IMG/VR virus record: IMGVR_UViG_3300043447_000408
Coordinates: 1 to 64,000 of that record
Strand: one strand, 5' to 3'
DNA from: a virus
Lineage: Duplodnaviria; Heunggongvirae; Uroviricota; Caudoviricetes
DNA length: 64,000 nucleotides
The notes under the pieces were generated by a model. It was not told where the DNA came from. It was given only the letters and a program-made list of their open reading frames with translations, and ran no database searches. The translations under genes and the position numbers were made by a program. Below, in pieces: positions 9,862 through 19,883 of this stretch (position 1 is its first letter; every line of letters begins with the position of its first letter).

Positions 9862-10134
9862 TTATTCGGTTTCGTGATTAAGATAATTCTCGTATTCGAG
9901 TTGAAGGTTTTTGTGTTTTTCGAAAAAAAAGTCTCTGGTTAATTCGTGTCTACCCAACTCAACAGATTTAATGAAATTCTCATCATAAAGACTGTCTTTT
10001 GTGTTGTTGAGGTTATCTATTGTGGTTTTTTGTACTTGAATGGTTGATATGTCGTTATTCCACATAACCGTCATCCACAATAGGATTAATACTAATAGTA
10101 CAATAACACCTCTTAATTTAGTTTCTAATTTCAT
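9862..10134 (-). CDS. membrane-anchored hypothetical protein
   Basis: N-terminal TM helix. Confidence 0.4.
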   Translation of the reverse strand: MKLETKLRGVIVLLVLILLWMTVMWNNDISTIQVQKTTIDNLNNTKDSLYDENFIKSVELGRHELTRDFFFEKHKNLQLEYENYLNHETE

Positions 10135-10136
10135 AG

Positions 10137-10427
10137 TTATTTAATTTTCCAAAATTGCCACCATTTTTTCTCTTTAGGTGGTAAACATTGTGAGAATGGG
10201 TTATCACCGAATGACACCTTACCATAGTATTTTGAGGTCATCATATTTAAAAAAACCTCGTGGTACTTTTCAGGTATGGTACTAAAATCAGCGGTTATTT
10301 TAACATCCAACGTTATGTCTTCAGTATCGTCTGTCAAAAGTAATGCGTTTCTTAATTCGACAGGTTTTGACGTGGTCACACCAATGTGGTCACCTTGTCC
10401 TATATGTCTTAAATCGAAGTTGTTCAT
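10137..10427 (-). CDS. hypothetical protein
   Basis: 96-aa ORF. Confidence 0.45.
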   Translation of the reverse strand: MNNFDLRHIGQGDHIGVTTSKPVELRNALLLTDDTEDITLDVKITADFSTIPEKYHEVFLNMMTSKYYGKVSFGDNPFSQCLPPKEKKWWQFWKIK

Positions 10428-10489
10428 AAGTCAAATATAAGAATATATTTGATAAATCCAAAACGATATTGAAAAATTTTAAGAAATAA

Positions 10490-12088
10490 TTAAGCCATAC
10501 TGCTAACAATCTTCTCAATCTTTCTACCTCCTTGTGCAATTAGACTGTTAGATGCTTTATTGGAAGAGCTCCAATTCTTTCTTGTTTCAACTGCAATATT
10601 TAAAAGTTCTTTAGGGTCAGTTATTCCCGAAGCCACTTTTTCATTCATAACCCTTGCAAATCTTTGGAACCAACCCGGTCCATTCCAAACAGCATATACG
10701 AAATTAAACGTAAGTCCTGCGTCACTCATTACAATTGCTCTTGCTGGTTCGGACATATAACTTCCCATATATTTTTGGAATAATGGTTTCATCATTTTAG
10801 GAACCAACTCTCTAAGTTTTGATTCTAAAGGACCACCCATATATCCATATTTCCAATTAGTTCTTGCACCCGCTTCATCAATTAGTCTCCAAAACTCTCT
10901 AGCGTCAGGACCTTGTGTTTCCCAACCACCCGTTTTTCTATCCATACCCATCATAGTCTCACCCGATGCTCCGTATCTTGAATCTTTGATTCTACCGTCA
11001 GCTAACATATCAGGATGATAATAACCACCCTCCAAATTATCGATTACGATGTTAGCCATTTTTTCAAAATCAGTTGCCGCAACACCTTTTAAGTCAACCG
11101 CACCTTTCAATCCTTTCATAGATGCATTACTTAATTTTGCAATATCTTCTTTTGTAACATTTTTAAGTTTAAGAAGTTCAATCATTTTAAGTAACATCTC
11201 TCTCGAAGCTTTAACCATATTCAATGAACTTCCACCACCCGATGCTGCAGTTGAACCTCCGGTTGCCTTTGTTAATCCATTTACATAGTCTGCTAAGTTA
11301 CCACTTGATAAACCTACGTGAACGTGAGAAGCCATACCTGGTAATGTCATAATCTTACCAATAACATCACCCTCTTTTACTTGGTCTCCTTTTTTTACAT
11401 TACTTTCAATGTGTGTGTAGAAAACATCTGGTTTACCATCAGAACTTTGTACTTTTACTTGGTCACCGTATATTTTTTTAACACCTACCTTTTTAAGTCC
11501 ACCACTACCTTTAACGAATCCCGTAACGGTTCCATTTGTTATGGAATAAACATCAGTACCCGCAGGTGCTGCAACATCCCAAGCATTATGACTTGGCCAC
11601 CCTTCAGCACTATGAGTACCTTGACCAGGATAACCAATCAAAGAACCACCACCCGCACTTGTTAAGTTTACAGCTTCGTTTACTGTTTTACCTGATTGAG
11701 TATTGGTGCTACCTGATGTTACATAATCATTTGTAAACTTTTGAACTGCCGCCGCAGTTTCAGGACCAAATAAACCGTCAATACCATAATTTGGTAATTC
11801 GTATCCTAATAATTTTAAACCGATTTGCATTGATTCAACCTCATTTTTAAATGATATTGAACCTTTTTCTTGTTGAGTTATTCCTTCTCCAGCTGCTGCC
11901 TTTTCTAAAGTTTCATAAAAGTTAGCTAGGTCATCCTTTACCGTATCTGCTTTCTTTGGGTCTGCACCATTTTCAGTTGTACCTGTAGTTGAAGCTACTT
12001 CCATTACCTTACCCAATAAATCTTCCGATAATACTCCGTAAGTTAATGTATGTATTCTTGTAATCTCCTCAAGTAATGTTCTTTTCAT
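10490..12088 (-). CDS. multidomain peptidoglycan hydrolase (PG-binding + M23 peptidase + GH108-like muramidase)
   Basis: PG_binding_1-like LKLLGYELPNYGIDGLFGPETAAAVQKF; M23 motifs HNAWDVAAPAGTDV and HVHVGL; C-terminal EGGYYHPD...GETMMGMD resembling the GH108 motif. Confidence 0.75.
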   Translation of the reverse strand: MKRTLLEEITRIHTLTYGVLSEDLLGKVMEVASTTGTTENGADPKKADTVKDDLANFYETLEKAAAGEGITQQEKGSISFKNEVESMQIGLKLLGYELPNYGIDGLFGPETAAAVQKFTNDYVTSGSTNTQSGKTVNEAVNLTSAGGGSLIGYPGQGTHSAEGWPSHNAWDVAAPAGTDVYSITNGTVTGFVKGSGGLKKVGVKKIYGDQVKVQSSDGKPDVFYTHIESNVKKGDQVKEGDVIGKIMTLPGMASHVHVGLSSGNLADYVNGLTKATGGSTAASGGGSSLNMVKASREMLLKMIELLKLKNVTKEDIAKLSNASMKGLKGAVDLKGVAATDFEKMANIVIDNLEGGYYHPDMLADGRIKDSRYGASGETMMGMDRKTGGWETQGPDAREFWRLIDEAGARTNWKYGYMGGPLESKLRELVPKMMKPLFQKYMGSYMSEPARAIVMSDAGLTFNFVYAVWNGPGWFQRFARVMNEKVASGITDPKELLNIAVETRKNWSSSNKASNSLIAQGGRKIEKIVSSMA

Positions 12089-12115
12089 AATAATATAAAT
12101 ATGTAAACATTACAA

Positions 12116-12319
12116 TTAATACCCATAATGAGAATCCATATTTCTCTTATGTTGTTGGTTAGTTTTTTCGGGTTTTTTAATGTCCCAATTTAGGAAATCC
12201 TCTCCTTTATAATCGGGATGGTTCTTTTGCATATGGTCAATACCTCTTACCCAAAAAAATGAGATGATTGCTGCTAATCCAAAACTGCAACCAATTCCAA
12301 TTAAATAACTTTCCATCAT
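12116..12319 (-). CDS. small membrane protein
   Basis: 67 aa, one TM. Confidence 0.4.
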   Translation of the reverse strand: MMESYLIGIGCSFGLAAIISFFWVRGIDHMQKNHPDYKGEDFLNWDIKKPEKTNQQHKRNMDSHYGY

Positions 12320-12912
12320 TTGTTTTCTGTTAAGTAGTTTAAAATTTTCTCTTTAATACCTGATTGTTTAATACCTTCCATACGCTTAGGTGTTAGAACA
12401 AAATTGGATAATCCCCAATCCATTTCCATATCTCCCCACGATTCGTGAACTTGAGGGATTCCCATATTCAAGTCATCAATCGCAACCCAGTGAGTAATCT
12501 CAGGATGGTCGTGTAGATATTGTGTAATTTCAATTGAACGTTCCTGCTCTAACATCCATCTCGGTGACCACACGAATGTGTGTTCGTTATAGTAAGTACA
12601 ATCGGATACCCTCTTTGTGAATGCTATTGGTTTCTTTATGATTCCTTGTGATTCATAATACTCACCCATTTCATCAACATCAGCCCATTTCTTCCAATCA
12701 GATGATACAACAATTTCCGCACCTGTCTCTTCAAGTATTTCATTTAATACTTCAATGGCTTTCTTATTAAAATTATCAAATCTCACATCAACAGGTAAAG
12801 ATAATACCGATTGACTCAACTTACGTTTTGCCTTTTGTTGTTTTTTAACTCTACCTCCCCACTCGGTTGCTAAACATATAACACCGTCGTGGTCTAAAAA
12901 AATAACTTTCAT
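12316..12912 (-). CDS. HAD-superfamily phosphatase-like protein
   Basis: motif I VIFLDHDGVI (DxDGV) at N-terminus. Confidence 0.5.
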   Translation of the reverse strand: MKVIFLDHDGVICLATEWGGRVKKQQKAKRKLSQSVLSLPVDVRFDNFNKKAIEVLNEILEETGAEIVVSSDWKKWADVDEMGEYYESQGIIKKPIAFTKRVSDCTYYNEHTFVWSPRWMLEQERSIEITQYLHDHPEITHWVAIDDLNMGIPQVHESWGDMEMDWGLSNFVLTPKRMEGIKQSGIKEKILNYLTENK

Positions 12913-12968
12913 AGTATTTTTAATTAATAGTTCAAATATACTAATAATTTCTAAAAAAAAAGAAACTA

Positions 12969-13385
12969 TTAATCAATATGTTCGGGTTGAGGTGTCCATT
13001 TACCTTCAGATATAATAGCTGGTGAGTTATTTCTATCAATCATAACCCACTCCGCTTCAACGATTCCCCAAGGTTCAAACTGTTCCATAACGTCTTGTAA
13101 TGTGAAACATTTACAACTGTAAATGTCAAATTGAGCCATTGCCGGTTGGTGGTGGTCCCAAATGTGTATTGATGAATGTGATGTTGCTAAAGTTACTGTA
13201 CCTGTTAAACCTTCATTACCAGGATAATCTACATAAACACTTGTTGGTCCCCCAACAACCTCCATCTTAACTTTGTGAACTAAGTCAACAAACCATTTAT
13301 TTAAAACTTCTACCTCTTTAGGGGGATTCTTAATCCAAATCTTCATTAAAAGATGTTGGTGGTAGGGTTCAAACTTTTCAATCAT
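12969..13385 (-). CDS. S-adenosylmethionine decarboxylase-like pyruvoyl enzyme (SpeH/SpeD class 1 fold)
   Basis: LATSHSSIHIWDHH aligns with the ESHxxIHTWPE self-cleavage motif; later FDIYSC resembles VDVFTCG. Confidence 0.55.
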   Translation of the reverse strand: MIEKFEPYHQHLLMKIWIKNPPKEVEVLNKWFVDLVHKVKMEVVGGPTSVYVDYPGNEGLTGTVTLATSHSSIHIWDHHQPAMAQFDIYSCKCFTLQDVMEQFEPWGIVEAEWVMIDRNNSPAIISEGKWTPQPEHID

Positions 13386-13428
13386 ATATGTCTTTTTACA
13401 TTACATATATATAACGAAATTTGTATTT

Positions 13429-14106
13429 TTATAAGAATTTTTTAAAATTTCTAATAAATTCTTTTTCGTATTTTTTTAGTTCTTTGGTGTCCAATCCATT
13501 ATATAAACCGGTTGACATAAATGCATTAATCTCATCATCAATAATTTTCTTGTCATCCACATATCCCATCTTCGTTAATTTCTTTTTTAACTTTTCGTAA
13601 TGTGATGGTTTTATCTTATTGATAAGTTTTTCAACTTCCTTCTTATATTCTTTATTAGTGTAATATAATCCGTGTGCGATTTCGTGGTCCAAAGTTTTCA
13701 GGTCTTTACTACTAGCACCAATTAGATACCAATTACATCTTGTCCCACTATTCTTTTCCATCGAGTCATTCGCACAATAAAAATAAATGTCGTTCATAAT
13801 ATGGTCGTATTCGGTTTCTTTATAAAAAGTGTCTATTCCCTTTTCCACCACATTACTTGGGATGTTATAACCTGACCAATCTTCAGGATATGTGAACACC
13901 CTCTTCTTCCAAGCACTTTTATAAAATCTCATATACTCCATCCAACTGAATTTTTTACCTCTAAACTCTTTGTATGGAGATTCATAAAATTCTTGATAAC
14001 GGCAAAATAACATTGCTCTGTCATAGTCGTCATCGACTAATACGCAATAAATTTTTGGTTTAATTTCTTTAACTTTCCCTTTAACTAAAGGATGTTTAAT
14101 CTTCAT
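13429..14106 (-). CDS. hypothetical protein with HExxH motif
   Basis: LDHEIAHGL zinc-metallopeptidase-like motif. Confidence 0.45.
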   Translation of the reverse strand: MKIKHPLVKGKVKEIKPKIYCVLVDDDYDRAMLFCRYQEFYESPYKEFRGKKFSWMEYMRFYKSAWKKRVFTYPEDWSGYNIPSNVVEKGIDTFYKETEYDHIMNDIYFYCANDSMEKNSGTRCNWYLIGASSKDLKTLDHEIAHGLYYTNKEYKKEVEKLINKIKPSHYEKLKKKLTKMGYVDDKKIIDDEINAFMSTGLYNGLDTKELKKYEKEFIRNFKKFL

Positions 14107-14525
14107 TATATAAGTAAATTTGTAATGTCGTTACCGTCCTTATATATGTCAAGATACCCCACGACTTTGGGTATCTTATTAGTATTCTCAAATTCAGTTG
14201 TTTTTGGCATCATACCAATAACCCATTCAGGTTCTTCAATCTTTTTTAGATTAAATGAAAAAATACCTTGTGGTGTTGAGTTAATATAATATACAGACCC
14301 CTTTTGAATAAGAGAATCCCATTTTATTTTTTCTATCAATAAATCAGAATAATCCGCTCGTCTACACTTTAACTCATAGACTTTTTTTCTAAGAGTACTA
14401 AATGCATCCGTCGGATTATACTGGTCAGTCTTTTCCAAATCAGGAATCAACTTAGTTTTAAGAAGATTAAAAAGTTTTTCTTCGTTTAAATTGATAAGAA
14501 GTCTTTTCTTTTCAATCGATAACAT
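14106..14525 (-). CDS. hypothetical protein
   Basis: 139-aa ORF. Confidence 0.45.
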   Translation of the reverse strand: MLSIEKKRLLINLNEEKLFNLLKTKLIPDLEKTDQYNPTDAFSTLRKKVYELKCRRADYSDLLIEKIKWDSLIQKGSVYYINSTPQGIFSFNLKKIEEPEWVIGMMPKTTEFENTNKIPKVVGYLDIYKDGNDITNLLI

Positions 14526-14806
14526 TAACGCAAGTATTTGAATCTATCTGCCAAGTTATTAATAAATTGTTCTTCAGTAACTGTAAGAAGGTCTCTACAC
14601 TTAGCTAACTTATCAAGACTATCCCAAAAACGTTGGTCGTTAATGTTTGGTCTGCGAACACCCGTACCTTTTTGTTTACTCGATTGGGGTGGTTCAATGT
14701 GTCCATCCTCTTCTAAGATTTCTACTAATCTTGTAAGTTCTCTTTTACTACAAGAGTCAACAAATTCACTCGGGTCGATGTCAATTTCGGTTGTAAATTC
14801 TGGCAT
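14525..14806 (-). CDS. hypothetical protein
   Basis: 93-aa ORF. Confidence 0.45.
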   Translation of the reverse strand: MPEFTTEIDIDPSEFVDSCSKRELTRLVEILEEDGHIEPPQSSKQKGTGVRRPNINDQRFWDSLDKLAKCRDLLTVTEEQFINNLADRFKYLR

Positions 14807-14810
14807 ACTA

Positions 14811-15002
14811 TTATTTTTTAGTTTCTATCAAAATGGATTTTAATGAATCCGCTTTCTTTAAATCCACTTCTTTAACAATGTTAACATTTTTCTCAGCTCT
14901 TAATTTGGCTAATTCTTTTTGTTGGAAGAAGCAGATAACCAATAAAGCAATTGCACCACCCATAGTGATGTTCTTTTGATTATTTTTAATAAATTCTATC
15001 AT
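14811..15002 (-). CDS. small membrane protein
   Basis: 63 aa, one TM. Confidence 0.35.
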   Translation of the reverse strand: MIEFIKNNQKNITMGGAIALLVICFFQQKELAKLRAEKNVNIVKEVDLKKADSLKSILIETKK

Positions 15003-15149
15003 ACTATTTGTTTTTACAATTCTTCAACAATCCCTAATAACTCCGCTAATCCTAATAGTATTGCAGTGTTGCCAAATTGTTCGTTAAATAAAAACCAACA
15101 AGCTGTCAATCTTAACACACTCTTGACTAAACTAATCCAAAAATGTGAA

Positions 15150-15416
15150 TTACTTTTTGATTCTTTTGGTTGCATTTGTTTTCTTTTTAAAACTTTTCTT
15201 CAATGTATAAATTATCTCATCAACCTCATTGACTGCCATTCCGAGACCAAGTGAAACTTCACTTGATAGTTGGAAATTTTCGTTATCCCCAAGTTTAAGA
15301 TATCTTAAAGATTCTTTACGAAAACCTGAAGCTTGTCTTTTAAGGTCTTCTTTTTTGTTTCTTAACTCTGCATATACTTTGTTAAGAGTTCTTTGGTCGT
15401 AAGTAAGTGCTTTCAT
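15150..15416 (-). CDS. hypothetical basic protein
   Basis: 88-aa ORF. Confidence 0.4.
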   Translation of the reverse strand: MKALTYDQRTLNKVYAELRNKKEDLKRQASGFRKESLRYLKLGDNENFQLSSEVSLGLGMAVNEVDEIIYTLKKSFKKKTNATKRIKK

Positions 15417-15433
15417 AATAAAAATATATTAAA

Positions 15434-16387
15434 TTATTTTGAAGATTCCAAATAATTGTGAATAAAATTTATTCTTTGACCAATCCAATACATAACATTA
15501 ACTGTCATTGAATTACCCACAGCACCTTTTACATTAGAATAACTTGGTTTTTTCCCGTTAATTTCAAAATCTAAATAACCATCAGGAAACCCTTGTAATC
15601 TTTCTAGTTCTCTTTCAGTAAATGTTCTGATACCTTTATCATCCACCCAATAGTTTGCGGTAGACACTTTACCAAACCCATCAACCAATGTTCTTGCATA
15701 GGATTTGGTTACCGTACCAGCGAGTTTAATTTGTCCGAGAATATTTTTGGTGTACTCATCCCTCTTGAGTTTATTCTTTTCTTCAACGCTTTCAAAACAT
15801 CCTTCTTCAAATAATACTGAGAATGGGACTCTCCAGTCTTTTCCACGATATCCGACAATATAGATTCTTTTGCGTCGTTGGGGAACTCCGAAGTATTGCG
15901 AGTCGAAAACCCTATAAGCGATTGAGTAGTTTTCCCCTTGGACAACCCCTTGTTTTTCGATGTCTTCTGGTCTGAAGTCAACTCCTGTAAAAGAGGAGAT
16001 GATTTCACATAAGGCTTTTTTGTGTTGACTTTTAAAAACGCCTTCGACATTTTCCCAAATGAACCACTTAGGTCGTTTTTCTTTAAGAATTTGTCCATAG
16101 CTAAGGGCGATTTGACCACGGATATCATCCATTCCTTTGTTGAGTCCTGCATCGGAAAAAGATTGACAAGGCGTTCCTCCGACCAATAAGTCGAATTTTG
16201 TTTTTTTGTACGTTTCATTCGTGTTGAGTTTAGTAATGTCAGTAAATAAAGGTGTGTTTGGGTAGTGATGCGATAGAACTTGTTGTGGGAACTTTGCAAA
16301 GTCACATACACCTTTACATTCCCAACCAAGTGGTGACCAAGCAACAGTTGCCGCTTCGATTCCACTACAGACAGATAGGTATTTCAT
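15434..16387 (-). CDS. DNA (cytosine-5)-methyltransferase
   Basis: motif I LSVCSGIEAATVA, motif IV GTPCQSFSDAG (PCQ), motif VI WENVEGV (ENV), QRRKRIYIVG. Confidence 0.85.
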   Translation of the reverse strand: MKYLSVCSGIEAATVAWSPLGWECKGVCDFAKFPQQVLSHHYPNTPLFTDITKLNTNETYKKTKFDLLVGGTPCQSFSDAGLNKGMDDIRGQIALSYGQILKEKRPKWFIWENVEGVFKSQHKKALCEIISSFTGVDFRPEDIEKQGVVQGENYSIAYRVFDSQYFGVPQRRKRIYIVGYRGKDWRVPFSVLFEEGCFESVEEKNKLKRDEYTKNILGQIKLAGTVTKSYARTLVDGFGKVSTANYWVDDKGIRTFTERELERLQGFPDGYLDFEINGKKPSYSNVKGAVGNSMTVNVMYWIGQRINFIHNYLESSK

Positions 16388-16483
16388 TGTGTTATAGTTT
16401 AGTTAAACAAATCTAACAATAAAAAAATAAAATTGAAAATTTTTTTGAAATCTTTTTTAATATATCATATAATCAACTATAAA

Positions 16484-17881
16484 TCAATTAGTTATGATTT
16501 CGTATTTCTCTTTTTTCCACACCAAATATGGATATTCTTTCAAACGTTCACATAAAATTCCCATTGCATCATCGAATATTTCTTTGTTGACCGGTGTATT
16601 TGCTTTTCCATATGCTTGTACGAATGAACCTCTTCGATATTGTAAATTAATTCTTTTTCTACCATATGATAATGCAACGTAAATGTATAATGCTCCGTGA
16701 AAAAATTGTTTGGACATACAGTTCTTCATCAATGTTCCTTCGAGAATAAAATCATCTTCAGATAAAATTACTTTTGGTATGTAAACATTATCATCAAGAA
16801 CAATCGGTTCTTCAATTGCGTTAACAACATCATCTGGTATATTATATTTTAATTTATATCCAAGAGACAAATGTTTTTTAAGTAAGGACCATTCACTTAT
16901 TAAGTAATCAATATCATCAGGTTTCTTCAACCTGATTTTTAATTCATATCCTCTTTCCTCTAAGTAATGTCTGAGGGTAAACAAATCGTAAATAACGTTG
17001 AAGGGACTTTCTAATCTATCATCATCTGACATCCATTTCTCAAGAACCTTTGTTACTGATTCCTTTTCCGCATCATTCTTACATACGAATATTTTTCTTG
17101 GTGTATTTTGAACATTACATACTGACCACCAATCAAATCGTTTGATGTATTCAATATAGTTGTCACCAAACAATTTACAAAGAAAACTTAGACATTTGAT
17201 ATTAACTTTACCATATTTGTTTGAGGATAACGCTCCCACCAAGTACTTTGATTTAATGCCGTATGAATCTAATACTGATGGTAAAAACTTGTTGTCGTTT
17301 AATTTAAGATATTTCTTTTTTGGGTACTCATCCATAATGTTTAGATAAACATTATCGTGAAATTTAATTCCCTTTTTGTGTAAATGAAAATCAACAATCA
17401 AATCAAATAAAGGATTGATTTTGGTTTTCTCATCGTAAGTTTTGTTCTTAATGAATTCATCATCTACATTTAATAGTAATTCATTTTTAATATGAGTAAA
17501 GATGGTCTCAGTAATTCTTTTGTACTTGACTCCCCAATAGTTTAATCTTTTCTCACCATAGTAAAATCCCCTATCAACTAAATCACACAACTTATCGAAG
17601 TTGTTCTTTTTTACTGTTAAAACTGATTTAACGGCCTCACCATTCTTTATGCGGTCATTTTGTAATCTATAAGTTACCTGTATATCACCTGTTACCTTAT
17701 TGATTATTAATTCGTGACAAAACCTTAATTTATTACCATCACCGAGTCTGGTGTAGTTAATGTAGAAGTCCGCGTAGTAAACTAATGTGGTATCATCAGA
17801 ACCGAGTCTTAATTCACAAGTTGAACTTGATTGTTTATTTCTCTCTACCTTTTCTTGAAAATAATGTTCTTGTGTTATCAT
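16484..17881 (-). CDS. hypothetical protein, paralog of 17920-19806
   Basis: shared blocks PKKKYLKLNDNKFLPSVLDSYGIKSK and C-terminal EEPI...EG..M.NC with the neighbouring 628-aa protein. Confidence 0.6.
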   Translation of the reverse strand: MITQEHYFQEKVERNKQSSSTCELRLGSDDTTLVYYADFYINYTRLGDGNKLRFCHELIINKVTGDIQVTYRLQNDRIKNGEAVKSVLTVKKNNFDKLCDLVDRGFYYGEKRLNYWGVKYKRITETIFTHIKNELLLNVDDEFIKNKTYDEKTKINPLFDLIVDFHLHKKGIKFHDNVYLNIMDEYPKKKYLKLNDNKFLPSVLDSYGIKSKYLVGALSSNKYGKVNIKCLSFLCKLFGDNYIEYIKRFDWWSVCNVQNTPRKIFVCKNDAEKESVTKVLEKWMSDDDRLESPFNVIYDLFTLRHYLEERGYELKIRLKKPDDIDYLISEWSLLKKHLSLGYKLKYNIPDDVVNAIEEPIVLDDNVYIPKVILSEDDFILEGTLMKNCMSKQFFHGALYIYVALSYGRKRINLQYRRGSFVQAYGKANTPVNKEIFDDAMGILCERLKEYPYLVWKKEKYEIITN

Positions 17882-17919
17882 CTACATAAAATGTAGAGAA
17901 TAACATTTACATTGTGTAG

Positions 17920-19806
17920 TTAAAATAGTCCTAACACATCATCAGTAGGAAGTGTTGTCTTTGTAACATCTATACCATTGATGGTTAAAGGGATAACTCT
18001 TTTTTCGATTGATTTGATTGGATACTTGTATTTCCCTATTCTTCTTTTTAGTGCATCCAACGCATCCTCAAAGTGTTCAGGTGGTACTTGATTACAGAAA
18101 TATCTTGATTGTGTACAACTCTTATCTCTAACATCAAACTCATTAGTAACTCTTTCACTACCAATTACACTGTCGGCTCTTAATGATACAATTATAGATA
18201 TTTCTTTATTTGAATATGACGCAACACAATGATGCATATGTGAACCCTCCTCAGAATATTCCATTTCCTGTTTCAATAATACAGGATAGTACATTCTATA
18301 TTTTTCCATACTTGGGTAGATACCATCTAATTCCCAAACTTTAATTGGTTCTTCTATCATTGAAATTAATTTCTCATCAAAGACATATTCAATTACGCTA
18401 CCCTTTTTTATCAATCTGTCAAGACGTGATAATTCTAAGTGTTCATTATGAAACTCTTTCCAGTTCTTAGCTCTCAACATCATATCAGGATAATAATCCC
18501 TCAACTTTTTAATCATTAAAAAATGGTCATCAATTTGATTTAACTGACTGTTTAAAACGGTATCCATTCTATGATTGTTTTCATTTACCGTTGCGTACTC
18601 ATTAAATAATTTAATTAGATTATATTTCTCAGTATCGTTTAAATAAAACGTATTATCATATGTGACCTTTTCTTTGTAGAAATTATTAGTGTAAGGTGAA
18701 ATAGTCTTATCTGACATATTTTTACAAAAAATATCAATATTAATATTTGATAGGTACTTAAACATCTCCTCACCAAAATATCTTTTTAATCTGAATAGAC
18801 TTGTAATATCAATATCGGGATTTTTATGTAGAAGTTTAATTGTTTGTTTAGATTTAATTCCTAATCTATCTAATATTGCGGCAACTAATTTATTATCGTT
18901 CTTTTTAAGAAAGGGTTTTGTTGGGTAACAAAACGTAATTAAATTTCTGTAATTATCGGGTGTTTTAATACCTTTAATCATCACGAACAAGTCGATTAAA
19001 TTGTTATATATCCATTGGTTAGAATCCCTTTTCACACCATAATTTGGTTCTGTCGTTTTATGGTTTTGGAAGGTATTGAAGAAATGGTATAATGTTTCAA
19101 AGAAAACCTTATCACTAAATTCTTCAGATAGTTCTTTTTGTATCTTTATTGAACTTTTAAAATCGTTATTAGTAATAAACTTATCTACTCTAGCACCAAA
19201 ATGAGTTAATAAAGAATCTAATGACATCCACAAATTACCAAAAGTATTCTTTCTGGCTTTCATTACGTTTGAATTGTACACCTTATCAAATGTTGTGATA
19301 TCACCTGTCTTTAAGTTTAAACAAATTCCATTGATGGTCGTTGCTTTTTTAAAGTACTTACAATTTACAAATCGCTTCTTTGTTTGAGCATACAATTTAA
19401 TTGTTAATTTATCCCCGTTCTGAACTATTGACCTTTCGTAATAATATGTTTCAATAGAACTGAACGCTCTACCAAAGTGTTGTTTTATTTGTCTATCATT
19501 TTTTGTATAATATGCACCGTTTTTTTTGAAGTACCCATTTAATTGTACATTAATACCGGTAGACTCAGGAGAATAAAAAAACTTAGTGTTCTTTTTTCTC
19601 ATTTCTGACTTATTCTCTAATTCAATTGTATGAGTACTATATGAACGTACGAATATATTATTCATAGATTCACTGTCGAAATCCCAATTATCTACTTTGA
19701 AAGTATTAAATGCGTTGTTTTTCGGTTTTTCAGAAAGCTTACAATAATCCCTGTATGGGTGAATTTCAGTGAAAGAGTATCTTTGAGCGAGAATTTCTTT
19801 TTTCAT
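17920..19806 (-). CDS. hypothetical protein, paralog of 16484-17881
   Basis: PTKPFLKKNDNKLVAAILDRLGIKSK and EEGSHMHHCVASY blocks. Confidence 0.6.
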   Translation of the reverse strand: MKKEILAQRYSFTEIHPYRDYCKLSEKPKNNAFNTFKVDNWDFDSESMNNIFVRSYSTHTIELENKSEMRKKNTKFFYSPESTGINVQLNGYFKKNGAYYTKNDRQIKQHFGRAFSSIETYYYERSIVQNGDKLTIKLYAQTKKRFVNCKYFKKATTINGICLNLKTGDITTFDKVYNSNVMKARKNTFGNLWMSLDSLLTHFGARVDKFITNNDFKSSIKIQKELSEEFSDKVFFETLYHFFNTFQNHKTTEPNYGVKRDSNQWIYNNLIDLFVMIKGIKTPDNYRNLITFCYPTKPFLKKNDNKLVAAILDRLGIKSKQTIKLLHKNPDIDITSLFRLKRYFGEEMFKYLSNINIDIFCKNMSDKTISPYTNNFYKEKVTYDNTFYLNDTEKYNLIKLFNEYATVNENNHRMDTVLNSQLNQIDDHFLMIKKLRDYYPDMMLRAKNWKEFHNEHLELSRLDRLIKKGSVIEYVFDEKLISMIEEPIKVWELDGIYPSMEKYRMYYPVLLKQEMEYSEEGSHMHHCVASYSNKEISIIVSLRADSVIGSERVTNEFDVRDKSCTQSRYFCNQVPPEHFEDALDALKRRIGKYKYPIKSIEKRVIPLTINGIDVTKTTLPTDDVLGLF

Positions 19807-19883
19807 ATAAGTGTATAATTAGTAGAATTCAAATATAGGAAAAAAACTGGAATATCACTATTTATTTAAAAACTTTTATATAT

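Noticed and set aside
15709-16365. 218-aa minus-strand ORF overlapping the C5 methyltransferase in another frame
   Set aside because: The overlapping frame carries all canonical C5-MTase motifs, so the alternative frame is spurious.
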